From the NCBI RefSeq assembly GCF_036507355.1, contig NZ_AP027877.1: a DNA stretch of 64,000 nt. One strand, given 5' to 3'. The DNA comes from Escherichia coli. GTDB lineage: Bacteria > Pseudomonadota > Gammaproteobacteria > Enterobacterales > Enterobacteriaceae. Below are positions 29,607 through 39,070 of this stretch, one piece after another. A model generated the notes under the pieces. It saw only the letters and a list, made by a program, of their open reading frames with translations, ran no database searches and was not told the origin of the DNA. Within the stretch, counting starts at the first letter, position 1, and each line of letters begins with the position of its first letter. Both the position numbers and the translations under genes were made by a program.

Positions 29607-29655
29607 TGGTGCCGATAATAGGAGTCGAACCTACGACCTTCGCATTACGAATGCG
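29607..29655 (-). tRNA. Truncated tRNA-Thr(CGU) (thrW-type): 3' 49 nt only (anticodon loop to CCA end). Not a functional tRNA; probably an att-site remnant.
   Basis: The minus strand reads CGCATTCGTAATGCGAAGGTCGTAGGTTCGACTCCTATTATCGGCACCA, identical to the 3' part of E. coli thrW as I remember it. Upstream of it, the sequence (…ctcattttcgaactggct) is unrelated to the tRNA's 5' half. Confidence 0.8.
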
Positions 29656-29815
29656 AGCCAGTTCGAAAATGAGTATAACTATGAGTACATAAAAAACAAA
29701 TAATTAATAAAAATATATTAATCAATATGATATCACATAAGTTACGGTTCAACGTCTAATTAATTTATTGTCTCATGAGGTTTCGCTAAATCTCATGAAG
29801 AGCGCAAAAGTATAT

Positions 29816-29841
29816 AAAATCCACGCAATTGCGTGGATTTT
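29816..29841. terminator. Perfect 26-bp palindrome (AAAATCCACGCAA/TTGCGTGGATTTT), an orphan bidirectional terminator-like hairpin
   Basis: Read directly from the sequence. A/T runs flank both sides. No adjacent ORF ends here. Confidence 0.4.
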
Positions 29842-30603
29842 TCATTTCACCGAGTCCTAATCATTCTTGTAACATCCTACACTTTTGTGCTTATTGCCTA
29901 CAGTGAACCACGAGAATAATTAAAGACATAAGTGTTCAGATGACGGATATCTCATTAGCAGTGATATAACGTCAGTTTTTGTTCCACTACACATCAGCCC
30001 CCTTCACAGCTGATCAATATTGATCACGCTCCAATATACTGGCGAGAAAAGGACTTACCTGAAGGGTAATATCCCGCAGATAAAGTCCCCGAATAACGTG
30101 ATTACGTGCGATCCTGGCAAGATGAAAATGATAACCAATAGCACGATAATAACGATATGCCAGAACATCCATTGATCAAAAATGAATATCGATGTTTTTT
30201 GCTTTTTCTTATTAGTAATGCAAAAATGGCGCATATTGTTTTTGTTATGCAGATACATCAAGCGAAAATCCCATAACTAATTAGGATTATTACCAAAAAA
30301 TATTCACCAAATTATTTAACCGCTGTTTGTTGTAATGTTTTTGTCATATTCATAGTAACGAATTGGAATAAGTAACGACAACTTAGGGAATAACTCGATC
30401 TAAACTTACCTTTGTAATGGGGATGTTAAATATATATTAATTCCTGTGTTTCTGATTTTACCCGGTAATAGAGAATTATTCTCATAGCAGCTCATCATGA
30501 TTGCACCATACAAATATCATGATGATAAGAGGATATTATTCATTGACTTAAACAAAATGACAAAATTCATAGACCCATAGCCTGGGTACTATATAGGAGT
30601 GGT

Positions 30604-31127
30604 ATGGGCATCAAACAACACAATGGGAATACCAAAGCCGATCGTCTCGCTGAATTAAAAATCCGTTCGCCCTCAATTCAACTGATAAAATTTGGCGCTA
30701 TTGGTTTGAATGCAATTATCTTTTCCCCCCTGCTGATAGCTGCTGATACAGGAAGTCAATATGGCACCAATATTACTATTAATGATGGTGACAGAATTAC
30801 AGGAGATACCGCCGATCCATCAGGAAACCTCTATGGTGTAATGACCCCAGCAGGAAACACGCCTGGCAATATCAACCTGGGTAATGATGTCACCGTCAAT
30901 GTCAACGACGCCTCTGGATATGCAAAAGGAATCATTATTCAGGGCAAAAACAGCTCCCTGACAGCTAACCGACTCACAGTAGATGTTGTTGGTCAAACCT
31001 CTGCCATCGGCATTAATTTAATTGGTGACTATACCCATGCTGACTTAGGCACAGGCAGCACCATTAAGAGTAACGATGACGGCATCATTATTGGGCATAG
31101 CTCAACACTAACAGCCACTCAATTAAC
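30604..31127 (+). pseudogene. ycgV: AIDA-I/YcgV-type autotransporter adhesin, N-terminal part (extended signal peptide plus start of passenger), interrupted by IS elements
   Basis: The translation MGIKQHNGNTKADRLAELKIRSPSIQLIKFGAIGLNAIIFSPLLIAADT... matches YcgV from memory. The frame runs into the IS end at 31128. Confidence 0.85.
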
Positions 31128-31145
31128 TGAATCGCCACGGATAAT

Positions 31146-31958
31146 CTAGACACTTCCGAGCCGTTGATAATACTGGTTTTCATATTCTGTCGGTGACATC
31201 TGATCGCTGGAACCATGCCGACGCTTACTGTTATAAAACATTTCGATGTAATCAAAAATATCGCTGCGGGCTTCTTCCCGCGTTCCGTAGATCTTTTTCT
31301 TTATCCGTTCGCGTTTCAACAACTGGAAAAAGCTTTCTGCAACCGCATTATCATGGCAGTTACCGCGACGGCTCATGCTGCCATCCAGGCCGTGTGATTT
31401 CAGGAACGACTGCCACTCATGGCTTGTGTACTGACTGCCCTGATCCGAATGAACCAGCACCTGTTTTTGGGGATTACGGCGCCATACAGCCATCAGCAGT
31501 GCGTTCAGGACAATGTCCTTTGTCATCCGGGATTGCATGGACCAGCCGATAATTTTGCGTGAGAACAGATCAACAACCACGGCAAGATACAGCCAGCCTT
31601 CGTGGGTCCTGATGTAGGTTATGTCCGTTACCCAACGCTTATCCGGAGCATCCGGATTGAACTGTCGCTGGAGCCTGTTGGGCGACACGATACTGGCCTC
31701 GCCTTTACGTGCCCGCGGGCTCCGGTATCCGACCTGAGCCTTTATCCCGACACGTTTCATCAGTCGCCAGACTCTGTTCACTCCGCACTGTTGCCCGCTG
31801 TCCCGCAGATCCAGATGGATTTTGCGATAACCATAGACGCATCCCGATTCCAGCCAGAACTGTTTAATCTGCCCTGTCAGCCTCAGGTCTGCCTGATGGC
31901 GTTGTGAATGCGGCTGCTGAAGCCAGGCGTAAAAACCACTGGGATGAACATCCAGCAC
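31146..31958 (-). CDS. IS3-family transposase OrfB (DDE domain)
   Basis: DDE motifs are present: WVTDITYIRT..., VHSDQGSQY, HDNAVAES. Confidence 0.85.
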   Translation of the reverse strand: MLDVHPSGFYAWLQQPHSQRHQADLRLTGQIKQFWLESGCVYGYRKIHLDLRDSGQQCGVNRVWRLMKRVGIKAQVGYRSPRARKGEASIVSPNRLQRQFNPDAPDKRWVTDITYIRTHEGWLYLAVVVDLFSRKIIGWSMQSRMTKDIVLNALLMAVWRRNPQKQVLVHSDQGSQYTSHEWQSFLKSHGLDGSMSRRGNCHDNAVAESFFQLLKRERIKKKIYGTREEARSDIFDYIEMFYNSKRRHGSSDQMSPTEYENQYYQRLGSV

Positions 31959-32014
31959 CCGACAGAGCAGGCGAACAGGCCAGCAACAGGTGTTGTCACG
32001 GATAAAGGCGTACC

Positions 32015-32299
32015 TCAGTCGGACAGCTTTGCGAAGTACGCCGCGGCTTTTTTTAATATGTCCCGTTCGTCGGTAACCCGCTTCAGCTCTTTCTGGAGAC
32101 GGCGGATCTCGGCCTGAGCATCTGACTGTTCTTTATTAGCGGAAGAATCCGGACCGTACTTCTTTATCCAGGCGTAAAGGCTGTGGGTGGTGATATCGAG
32201 ACGTGTTGCAACGCTGGCAACAGAATAACCGCGATCAACAACCTGTTTGACTGCTTCAATTTTAAACTCTTCGGGATAACGCTTACCGCTCATGGGCAC
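32015..32299 (-). CDS. IS3-family transposase OrfA (HTH, 94 aa)
   Basis: The translation is MPMSGKRYPEEFKIEAVKQVVDRGYSVASVATRLDITTHSLYAWIKKYG...ILKKAAAYFA. Confidence 0.85.
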   Translation of the reverse strand: MPMSGKRYPEEFKIEAVKQVVDRGYSVASVATRLDITTHSLYAWIKKYGPDSSANKEQSDAQAEIRRLQKELKRVTDERDILKKAAAYFAKLSD

Positions 32300-32396
32300 C
32301 TCTCTTTAAGCCATCTTAAATGACTCTGAGGTGTCTGTTAAACCCGTGGCGATTCAGGTGTACTGGCAATAGCGGACACTACCATTTGTTCTTTTT

Positions 32397-33215
32397 TTAA
32401 GCAGCCATCTGATGATATTTTTCCCTGAAGGCTGCCGGGGAGATATTCCCCAGACGAGAGTGACGACGCTGACGATTGTAGAAAATCTCAATGTATTCCC
32501 GTATTACTGAGATGGCTTCATCCCGGTTATTAAAACGATAGTGGCTCAGGCTCTCATTTTTCAGCGTTCCCCAGAAGCTTTCCAGCGGAGCGTTGTCGTA
32601 ACAGTTACCTTTACGCGACATTGATGTTTTCAGACCAAACTGCTCCTGTATGACCCGGTAATCGTATGCGCAGTACTGTGAACCTCGATCAGAGTGGTGG
32701 ATTAGCCCGGCAGGTGGGCGCTGGCTCCTGAGCGCCATAAACAGGGCTTTACCTGTCAGCTCTTTTGTCATGCGCTCTCCCATGGCGTAGCCGACAATTT
32801 CGCACGTATAAACATCTTTGATGCCAGCGAGGTACAACCATCCCTCCTGTGTGGCAACATACGTCAGGTCCGCCACCCAGACCTGATTTGGTGCTGTAGG
32901 AGCGAACGTCTGGTTCAGCAGATTTGGCGCAACTGGCAGATTGTGGTTCGAGTTCGTAGTCGCTCTGAACTTGCGTTTCTGCTTACAGCGTAGCCTTAGC
33001 TCCTTACGAAGACGTGCCAGTCGGTCACGACCAACGATGATGCCATTCTCTGCCAGCTCCGTCTGGAGCCGCCGGGTTCCATATGTTTCGCGAGTGCGGA
33101 TATGTGCCACCTTAATCTCCAGTTTTAGCCGCTCATCACTTTGTTTTCTGTCTGAGGGTTCATGCTGTACCCAGTTGTAATAACCGCTCCTGGATACACC
33201 AAATACCTGACACAT
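32397..33215 (-). CDS. IS600 OrfB (272 aa, DDE transposase part)
   Basis: DDE motifs are present: WVADLTYV..., HHSDRGSQY, YDNAPLES. Confidence 0.85.
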   Translation of the reverse strand: MCQVFGVSRSGYYNWVQHEPSDRKQSDERLKLEIKVAHIRTRETYGTRRLQTELAENGIIVGRDRLARLRKELRLRCKQKRKFRATTNSNHNLPVAPNLLNQTFAPTAPNQVWVADLTYVATQEGWLYLAGIKDVYTCEIVGYAMGERMTKELTGKALFMALRSQRPPAGLIHHSDRGSQYCAYDYRVIQEQFGLKTSMSRKGNCYDNAPLESFWGTLKNESLSHYRFNNRDEAISVIREYIEIFYNRQRRHSRLGNISPAAFREKYHQMAA

Positions 33216-33250
33216 CGCTTCAATGGGAAATTGTTGTCGCCATTGTTCGA

Positions 33251-33553
33251 TTAACGCGTATTTTTCAGCGACTCCTGTGCAAAATACGCTGTTGCTTTTT
33301 TTAATATATCTCGCTCAAGGCGAGCTTCATTTAACGCCTTACGCAGTTGCAGAATTTCAGATTCCAGTTCAGCCACCGTGCGGGAACCAGGAGTACCGAG
33401 CCCTTTTCTGGCGGCGGTAACCCATTGTCCTAAAGTGCCTTCAGGAAGAGATAATCGGGAAGCGCCTTCACTGATCGAAAGTTGATTTTCAAGAACCGTT
33501 CTGACAGCTTCGGCTTTGAACTCTTTAGAGTAACGTTGGGTTTTTCTGCTCAT
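33251..33553 (-). CDS. IS600 OrfA (100 aa)
   Basis: See the IS600 entry. It has HTH and leucine-zipper regions. Confidence 0.85.
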   Translation of the reverse strand: MSRKTQRYSKEFKAEAVRTVLENQLSISEGASRLSLPEGTLGQWVTAARKGLGTPGSRTVAELESEILQLRKALNEARLERDILKKATAYFAQESLKNTR

Positions 33554-33617
33554 TATTAGCTCCTTCTGATGCCATTCTATTTCAGGAAGGAGTGTCCGTT
33601 AAACTCAGGCTACCTCA

Positions 33618-35743
33618 CAAACAGTACCATTAAAACCAATGGCGATAATGCTCACGGCCTCTGGAGCTTTGGCCAGGTTAGCGCGAATGCACTCACTGTT
33701 GATGTAACTGGAGCCGCGGCCAATGGCGTCGAAGTTCGTGGTGGTACAACCACTATCGGTGCAGATAGCCATATTTCTTCCGCGCAGGGCGGTGGTCTCG
33801 TAGCCAGTGGTTCAGACGCGACAATCAATTTTTCTGGCACGGCAGCGCAACGAAACAGCATCTTTTCCGGCGGTTCTTATGGTGCCTCGGCCCAGACGGC
33901 AACGGCTGTTATCAACATGCAAAATACCGATATTACGGTTGATCGTAATGGCAGTCTGGCGCTGGGTTTGTGGGCGCTCAGCGGCGGTAGAATAACCGGA
34001 GACAGTTTGGCTATCACCGGCGCGGCAGGAGCCAGGGGGATTTATGCCATGACCAACAGCCAGATCGACCTCACGAGCGATCTGGTCATTGATATGAGTA
34101 CACCCGACCAGATGGCCATCGCAACGCAACATGACGATGGTTATGCCGCCAGCCGCATCAACGCTTCGGGTCGTATGCTTATCAACGGTAGCGTTCTCTC
34201 CAAAGGTGGGCTAATCAATCTGGATATGCACCCTGGGTCGGTTTGGACAGGTTCCTCCCTTAGCGATAATGTCAATGACGGGAAACTGGACGTTGCAATG
34301 AATAACAGCGTCTGGAACGTAACAAGTAATTCTAATCTCGACACGCTGGCGCTGAGCCATTCAACTGTCGATTTTGCCAGCCACGCATCAACTGCCGGCA
34401 CATTTACCACATTAAACGTAGAGAACCTGAGCGGTAACAGTACCTTTATTATGCGTGCTGATGTTGTTGGCGAGGGTAATGGCGTTAATAATAAAGGAGA
34501 TTTATTGAATATCAGCGGGAGTAGTGCTGGTAATCACGTATTGGCTATCCGCAACCAGGGCAGCGAGGCCACAACGGGAAATGAAGTTCTGACAGTGGTA
34601 AAAACCACTGACGGTGCGGCCTCGTTCAGCGCGTCTTCTCAGGTTGAGTTGGGGGGATATCTGTACGATGTGCGTAAAAATGGCACTAACTGGGAGCTTT
34701 ATGCTTCCGGGACAATTCCGGAGCCGACTCCAAATCCTGAACCAACGCCGGCTCCCGCTCAGCCTCCCATAGTCAACCCCGATCCTACGCCTGAACCCGA
34801 TCCTACGCCTACCCCCACTCCCACACCTAAACCCACCACGACCGCAGATGCTGGCGGCAATTATCTCAATGTTGGTTACTTATTGAACTATGTTGAAAAC
34901 CGTACGCTGATGCAACGGATGGGTGACCTGCGAAATCAGAGTAAAGACGGTAATATCTGGCTGCGCAGTTATGGGGGAAGCCTGGACTCCTTCGCCAGTA
35001 GCAAACTGAGCGGCTTTGACATGGGTTACAGCGGTATCCAGTTTGGTGGGGATAAACGTCTCTCTGATGAAATGCCGTTGTATGTCGGTCTGTATATTGG
35101 CTCAACACATGCATCGCCGGACTATAGCGGTGGCGACGGTACCGCACGTTCAGACTATATGGGAATGTACGCCAATTACATGGCACACAGCGGTTTTTAC
35201 AGCGATCTCGTTGTAAAAGCATCGCGCCAGAAAAATAGTTTCCACGTACGGGACAGTCAGAACAACGGCGTTAACGCCAACGGCACTGCGAATGGATTGA
35301 GCATCTCCCTGGAAGCCGGGCAGAGGTTCAACCTGACCCCTACTGGTTATGGGTTCTATATAGAGCCGCAAACCCAGCTCACATACAGCCACCAGAATGA
35401 GATGGCTATGAAGGCGAGTAATGGCCTCAATATACATCTGAATCACTACGAATCGCTGCTGGGGCGTGCCAGTATGATACTGGGATATGACATCACCGCA
35501 GGCAACAGCCAGCTGAATATGTATGTGAAGACTGGCGCTATCCACGAGTTTTCAGGGGATACAGAATATCTGTTGAACAACTCCCGGGAGAAGTACAGTT
35601 TCAAAGGTAATGGCTGGAATAACGGCGTGGGAGTCAGTGCACAGTATAACAAACAGCACACATTCTACCTCGAAGCGGATTACACGCAGGGTAACCTCTT
35701 TGATCAGAAACAAGTCAACGGAGGATATCGCTTCAGCTTTTAA
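33618..35743 (+). pseudogene. ycgV: Autotransporter adhesin, remainder of the passenger, a Pro-rich linker and the C-terminal beta-barrel translocator
   Basis: It reads ...NSTIKTNGDNAHGLWSFGQVSANALTVDV..., then the linker PEPTPNPEPTPAPAQPPIVNPDPTPEPDPTPTPTPTPKP, then a barrel ending ...VNGGYRFSF* with a terminal aromatic residue. Confidence 0.85.
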
Positions 35744-35842
35744 GTGCGGGATAGACAAGCCCTTAAACGATGCTGAAAAATGTTAGCGTGCGCCGGAATG
35801 AAATATAGATCACTCTGATGTACCAGAAATCGTCTCTGTCTT

Positions 35843-37762
35843 TCATACCCGGCGCTTAAACTGCCCTGCATCAATGCCATGTTGCTTCATTTTCCGCCAC
35901 AGCGTAGTGCGGCCGATTCCAAGTAAAGCCGACATTTCCTGAATGCGACCGCCTGTGACCTGGGCTGCGTTAATAATTGCCTCTTTTTCAACTTCCGCAA
36001 ATGACAGACTGGTGGAAAGGCGTGTGGCGCTGACATCATCTGTCGCCTGCTCGGTAAACAGATGTTCCGGCAAATCACTGACGCGAATGCGCCCATTATC
36101 ACTACTCAGAGCAAGATTCTCGATGACGCTGTAAAGTTCAAAATCGTTTCCTGGCCATGCACAAGAAACCAGGCGAGCGAGGGCATCGTCATCAATTTTC
36201 AGCCGCGTAGAGAAGCGTTTTTCAAGACTGCGTAATTTGTTATTCACCAACGCCGGAATGCTGCCACGCCGCATACGCAGAGGCGGGATGGTAATTTCAA
36301 ATGCATGCAGCGCGTAATACAGCTGGCGACTAAAGCGATTTTGTTCCACCAGCATTGCGAGGTCCGCGGTCGTTGTGGCAATCACTTTGACATCAATTGG
36401 TATTAAACGCCGCGCATCCAGTCGCGTGATAACACCCTGCTTGATAACCTGAAGCAAAGCAGACTGTAACTCCACCGCCAGATATTCAATCTTTTCAAGA
36501 AACAGCGTGCCACCGTGCGCCAGTTCCAGCCGACTCAGACGGCCATTTTCATTGTCCGTGCGATCGCCGCCAATAAATTCTTCCGCCAGCGCCGCATCAC
36601 CATATAACTCACAATTGACGGCGATATAAGGACCTGCAGCACACTCGCTTTCATTATGAATTGCCTGACTTAGCAGTGCCTTGCCCACGCCCTCTTCTCC
36701 ACAAAGCAGGACAGGAAAGCTACTGCGCGCCGCCTGGCGACCAAAATGAATCAAGCGGCGGGTTTGCGGATCGTCCTGTGGCATATGAGCGAAGGTATGG
36801 CTGACTTTTCCTAATTGACTGGTCATTAACTGCCGCATCTGTTCCACAGGATGGAGCAACAAAATAAAGCTGGTTCCCTGCGTTTCTATTATCGGTTTAA
36901 GGGTTATCACCGCATCAATAAACTGGTGCTGACTTTCAAAGGTTGCTTCTACGTGTTTGAGCGGATGTGCCTGTTTTATTGCTTGTTGCAATACGGCGGG
37001 TAACGTTAAGAGTTCAGTGATTGCCCGTCCCTGACTTGCCGTCGCGTCAAGGCGCAAGACCCGCGCCGCCTGGGCATTAATAAATTGCAAATTACCCTGC
37101 TCGTCCCAGCTAATCACGCCATCATCCATACTTTCTAACAGGGCATTAAGTTGATTTAAATGACGGTTAGTTTCAGCGAGCAGACTGTCCGTCAGCAGTA
37201 AATTTCCGACCTCGCGGGCGATTGCCAACGTCAACGGCAAATCAGCTGCGGTAGTTTGCTCAACCGGACACGCCAGCGCTATTGTTCCCGTCAATCGGCC
37301 CTTGCTGTCAAACAACGGCGTTGCACAAAAGGCCCAGTTCCAGAGTGCCTGTTTGAAATGTTGATCGGCCATCGTTTTCACGGCCTGACCAGAGATAGCC
37401 GCTAACGATAGCGCACAAGTACCAATAATTCCCTCGGCGCAATACGTGCCGTCATGGAATCCCAGTGTACTTAGCTGCTGCAAGGTTTGCGGATCGCCAT
37501 TACGGCTGAGAATGCAGGCGGATTCATCGAGAATAAACAGCGCACACTCTCGCGGTGCCATATATTCCCAGGCATCTTCCAGCGCAGCCTGCCCGAGCGT
37601 CAGCATAGCTTTCTTACGCCGATAAATAGAAGCAAATGTCACGCCCTGGGCCTGATGTGGTACGTTCCATGTCTCCCGTTTCATCAGTTTATTGCATCTC
37701 TCCCAGGAGGTTGCAATTAAGGGAGATATGCCCCGACCATCGTTGTTAAAAGCGCCACTCAT
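35843..37762 (-). CDS. dhaR: Dihydroxyacetone kinase operon transcriptional activator DhaR (639 aa)
   Basis: MSGAFNNDGRGISPLIATSWERCNKLMK... matches K-12 DhaR from memory. It has the AAA+ sigma54-interaction-type domain (LLCGEEGVGK) and a C-terminal HTH. Confidence 0.95.
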   Translation of the reverse strand: MSGAFNNDGRGISPLIATSWERCNKLMKRETWNVPHQAQGVTFASIYRRKKAMLTLGQAALEDAWEYMAPRECALFILDESACILSRNGDPQTLQQLSTLGFHDGTYCAEGIIGTCALSLAAISGQAVKTMADQHFKQALWNWAFCATPLFDSKGRLTGTIALACPVEQTTAADLPLTLAIAREVGNLLLTDSLLAETNRHLNQLNALLESMDDGVISWDEQGNLQFINAQAARVLRLDATASQGRAITELLTLPAVLQQAIKQAHPLKHVEATFESQHQFIDAVITLKPIIETQGTSFILLLHPVEQMRQLMTSQLGKVSHTFAHMPQDDPQTRRLIHFGRQAARSSFPVLLCGEEGVGKALLSQAIHNESECAAGPYIAVNCELYGDAALAEEFIGGDRTDNENGRLSRLELAHGGTLFLEKIEYLAVELQSALLQVIKQGVITRLDARRLIPIDVKVIATTTADLAMLVEQNRFSRQLYYALHAFEITIPPLRMRRGSIPALVNNKLRSLEKRFSTRLKIDDDALARLVSCAWPGNDFELYSVIENLALSSDNGRIRVSDLPEHLFTEQATDDVSATRLSTSLSFAEVEKEAIINAAQVTGGRIQEMSALLGIGRTTLWRKMKQHGIDAGQFKRRV

Positions 37763-37855
37763 ATCCCGCATCCCTTATGACAAAAGGTGTTCCGGCTCGC
37801 AATTTTAAGTATTAATACACGTAAAAGTTTCAATATGGAACATTCATTAAATCAT

Positions 37856-37874
37856 ATGTTTCACTATGAAACAT
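37856..37874. promoter_or_regulatory. Palindrome ATGTTTCA-cta-TGAAACAT in the dhaR-dhaK divergent intergenic region (possible DhaR operator/UAS)
   Basis: It has perfect 8-bp arms. A third GTTTCA half-site lies at ~37827. Assignment to DhaR is inferred only from the location. Confidence 0.3.
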
Positions 37875-37989
37875 AATTTGGGCTAATTTTCTTTTCCCTT
37901 GCCTGATGCACAATGGATTCATCGGCAGTCAGTGGTCGCCGTGTCGTTGAACATCATCCATGCCCTACCGTAATTGCTGGAGCAAAATA

Positions 37990-39060
37990 ATGAAAAAATT
38001 GATCAATGATGTGCAAGACGCACTGGACGAACAACTGGCAGGACTGGCGAAAGCGCATCCATCGCTGACACTGCATCAGGATCCGGTGTATGTCACCCGA
38101 GCTGATGCCCCTGTTGCAGGAAAAGTCGCCCTGCTGTCGGGTGGCGGCAGCGGACACGAGCCGATGCACTGTGGTTATATCGGTCAGGGGATGCTTTCGG
38201 GGGCCTGTCCGGGCGAAATTTTCACCTCACCGACGCCCGATAAAATCTTTGAATGCGCCATGCAAGTTGATGGCGGCGAAGGTGTACTGTTGATTATCAA
38301 AAATTACACCGGCGATATTCTTAACTTCGAAACAGCAACCGAGTTACTGCACGATAGCGGCGTAAAAGTGACCACTGTGGTCATTGATGACGACGTTGCA
38401 GTAAAAGACAGTCTTTATACCGCCGGGCGACGCGGCGTTGCCAACACCGTATTAATTGAAAAACTCGTAGGCGCAGCGGCGGAGCGTGGCGACTCACTGG
38501 ACGCCTGTGCGGAACTGGGGCGTAAGTTGAATAATCAAGGCCACTCAATAGGTATCGCTCTCGGTGCCTGTACCGTTCCTGCCGCGGGCAAACCTTCTTT
38601 TACCCTGGCGGACAATGAGATGGAGTTTGGCGTCGGTATTCATGGTGAGCCGGGTATTGACCGCCGCCCCTTCTCTTCCCTTGATCAAACCGTCGATGAA
38701 ATGTTCGACACCCTGCTGGAAAATGGCTCATACCATCGCACTTTGCGTTTCTGGGATTATCAACAAGGCAATTGGCAGGAAGAACCACAAACCAAACAAC
38801 CGCTCCAGTCTGGCGATAGGGTGATTGCGCTGGTTAACAATCTTGGCGCAACTCCACTTTCTGAGCTGTACGGCGTCTATAACCGCCTGACCACACGTTG
38901 CCAGCAAGCGGGATTGACTATCGAGCGTAATTTAATTGGCGCGTACTGCACCTCACTGGATATGACCGGTTTCTCAATCACCTTACTGAAAGTTGATGAC
39001 GAAACGCTGGCACTCTGGGACGCCCCGGTCCACACCCCGGCCCTTAACTGGGGTAAATAA
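37990..39060 (+). CDS. dhaK: PEP-dependent dihydroxyacetone kinase, DHA-binding subunit (356 aa)
   Basis: MKKLINDVQDALDEQLAGLAKAHPSLTLHQDPVYV... matches K-12 DhaK. Confidence 0.95.
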   Translation: MKKLINDVQDALDEQLAGLAKAHPSLTLHQDPVYVTRADAPVAGKVALLSGGGSGHEPMHCGYIGQGMLSGACPGEIFTSPTPDKIFECAMQVDGGEGVLLIIKNYTGDILNFETATELLHDSGVKVTTVVIDDDVAVKDSLYTAGRRGVANTVLIEKLVGAAAERGDSLDACAELGRKLNNQGHSIGIALGACTVPAAGKPSFTLADNEMEFGVGIHGEPGIDRRPFSSLDQTVDEMFDTLLENGSYHRTLRFWDYQQGNWQEEPQTKQPLQSGDRVIALVNNLGATPLSELYGVYNRLTTRCQQAGLTIERNLIGAYCTSLDMTGFSITLLKVDDETLALWDAPVHTPALNWGK

Positions 39061-39070
39061 GGAGAAAGCA

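Larger units (their letters stand above)
31128..32356 (-). mobile_element. IS3-family insertion sequence (1229 bp). I cannot name the exact IS.
   Basis: The terminal inverted repeats are TGAATCGCCACGG... at both ends (31128 and the reverse complement at 32356). It has orfA (94 aa, HTH) plus orfB (DDE). It directly abuts IS600. Confidence 0.85.
32357..33617 (-). mobile_element. IS600 (IS3 family). It measures 1261 bp here, versus 1264 bp as I remember it. The terminal 3 nt are shared or ambiguous with the neighbouring IS.
   Basis: OrfA MSRKTQRYSKEFKAEAVRTVLENQLSISEGASRLSLPEGTLGQW... and the 272-aa OrfB match IS600 from memory. The right end is GGAGTGTCCGTTAAACTCAGGCTACCTCA. Confidence 0.85.

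Noticed and set aside
30055-30261. 68-aa minus-strand ORF (hydrophobic, MMYLHNKNNMRHF...) in the AT-rich spacer upstream of ycgV
   Set aside because: There is no convincing SD, the composition is extremely AT-rich, and the apparent hydrophobicity is what random AT-rich (Ile/Phe/Leu) codons produce. It remains possible as a small membrane protein but is unsupported.
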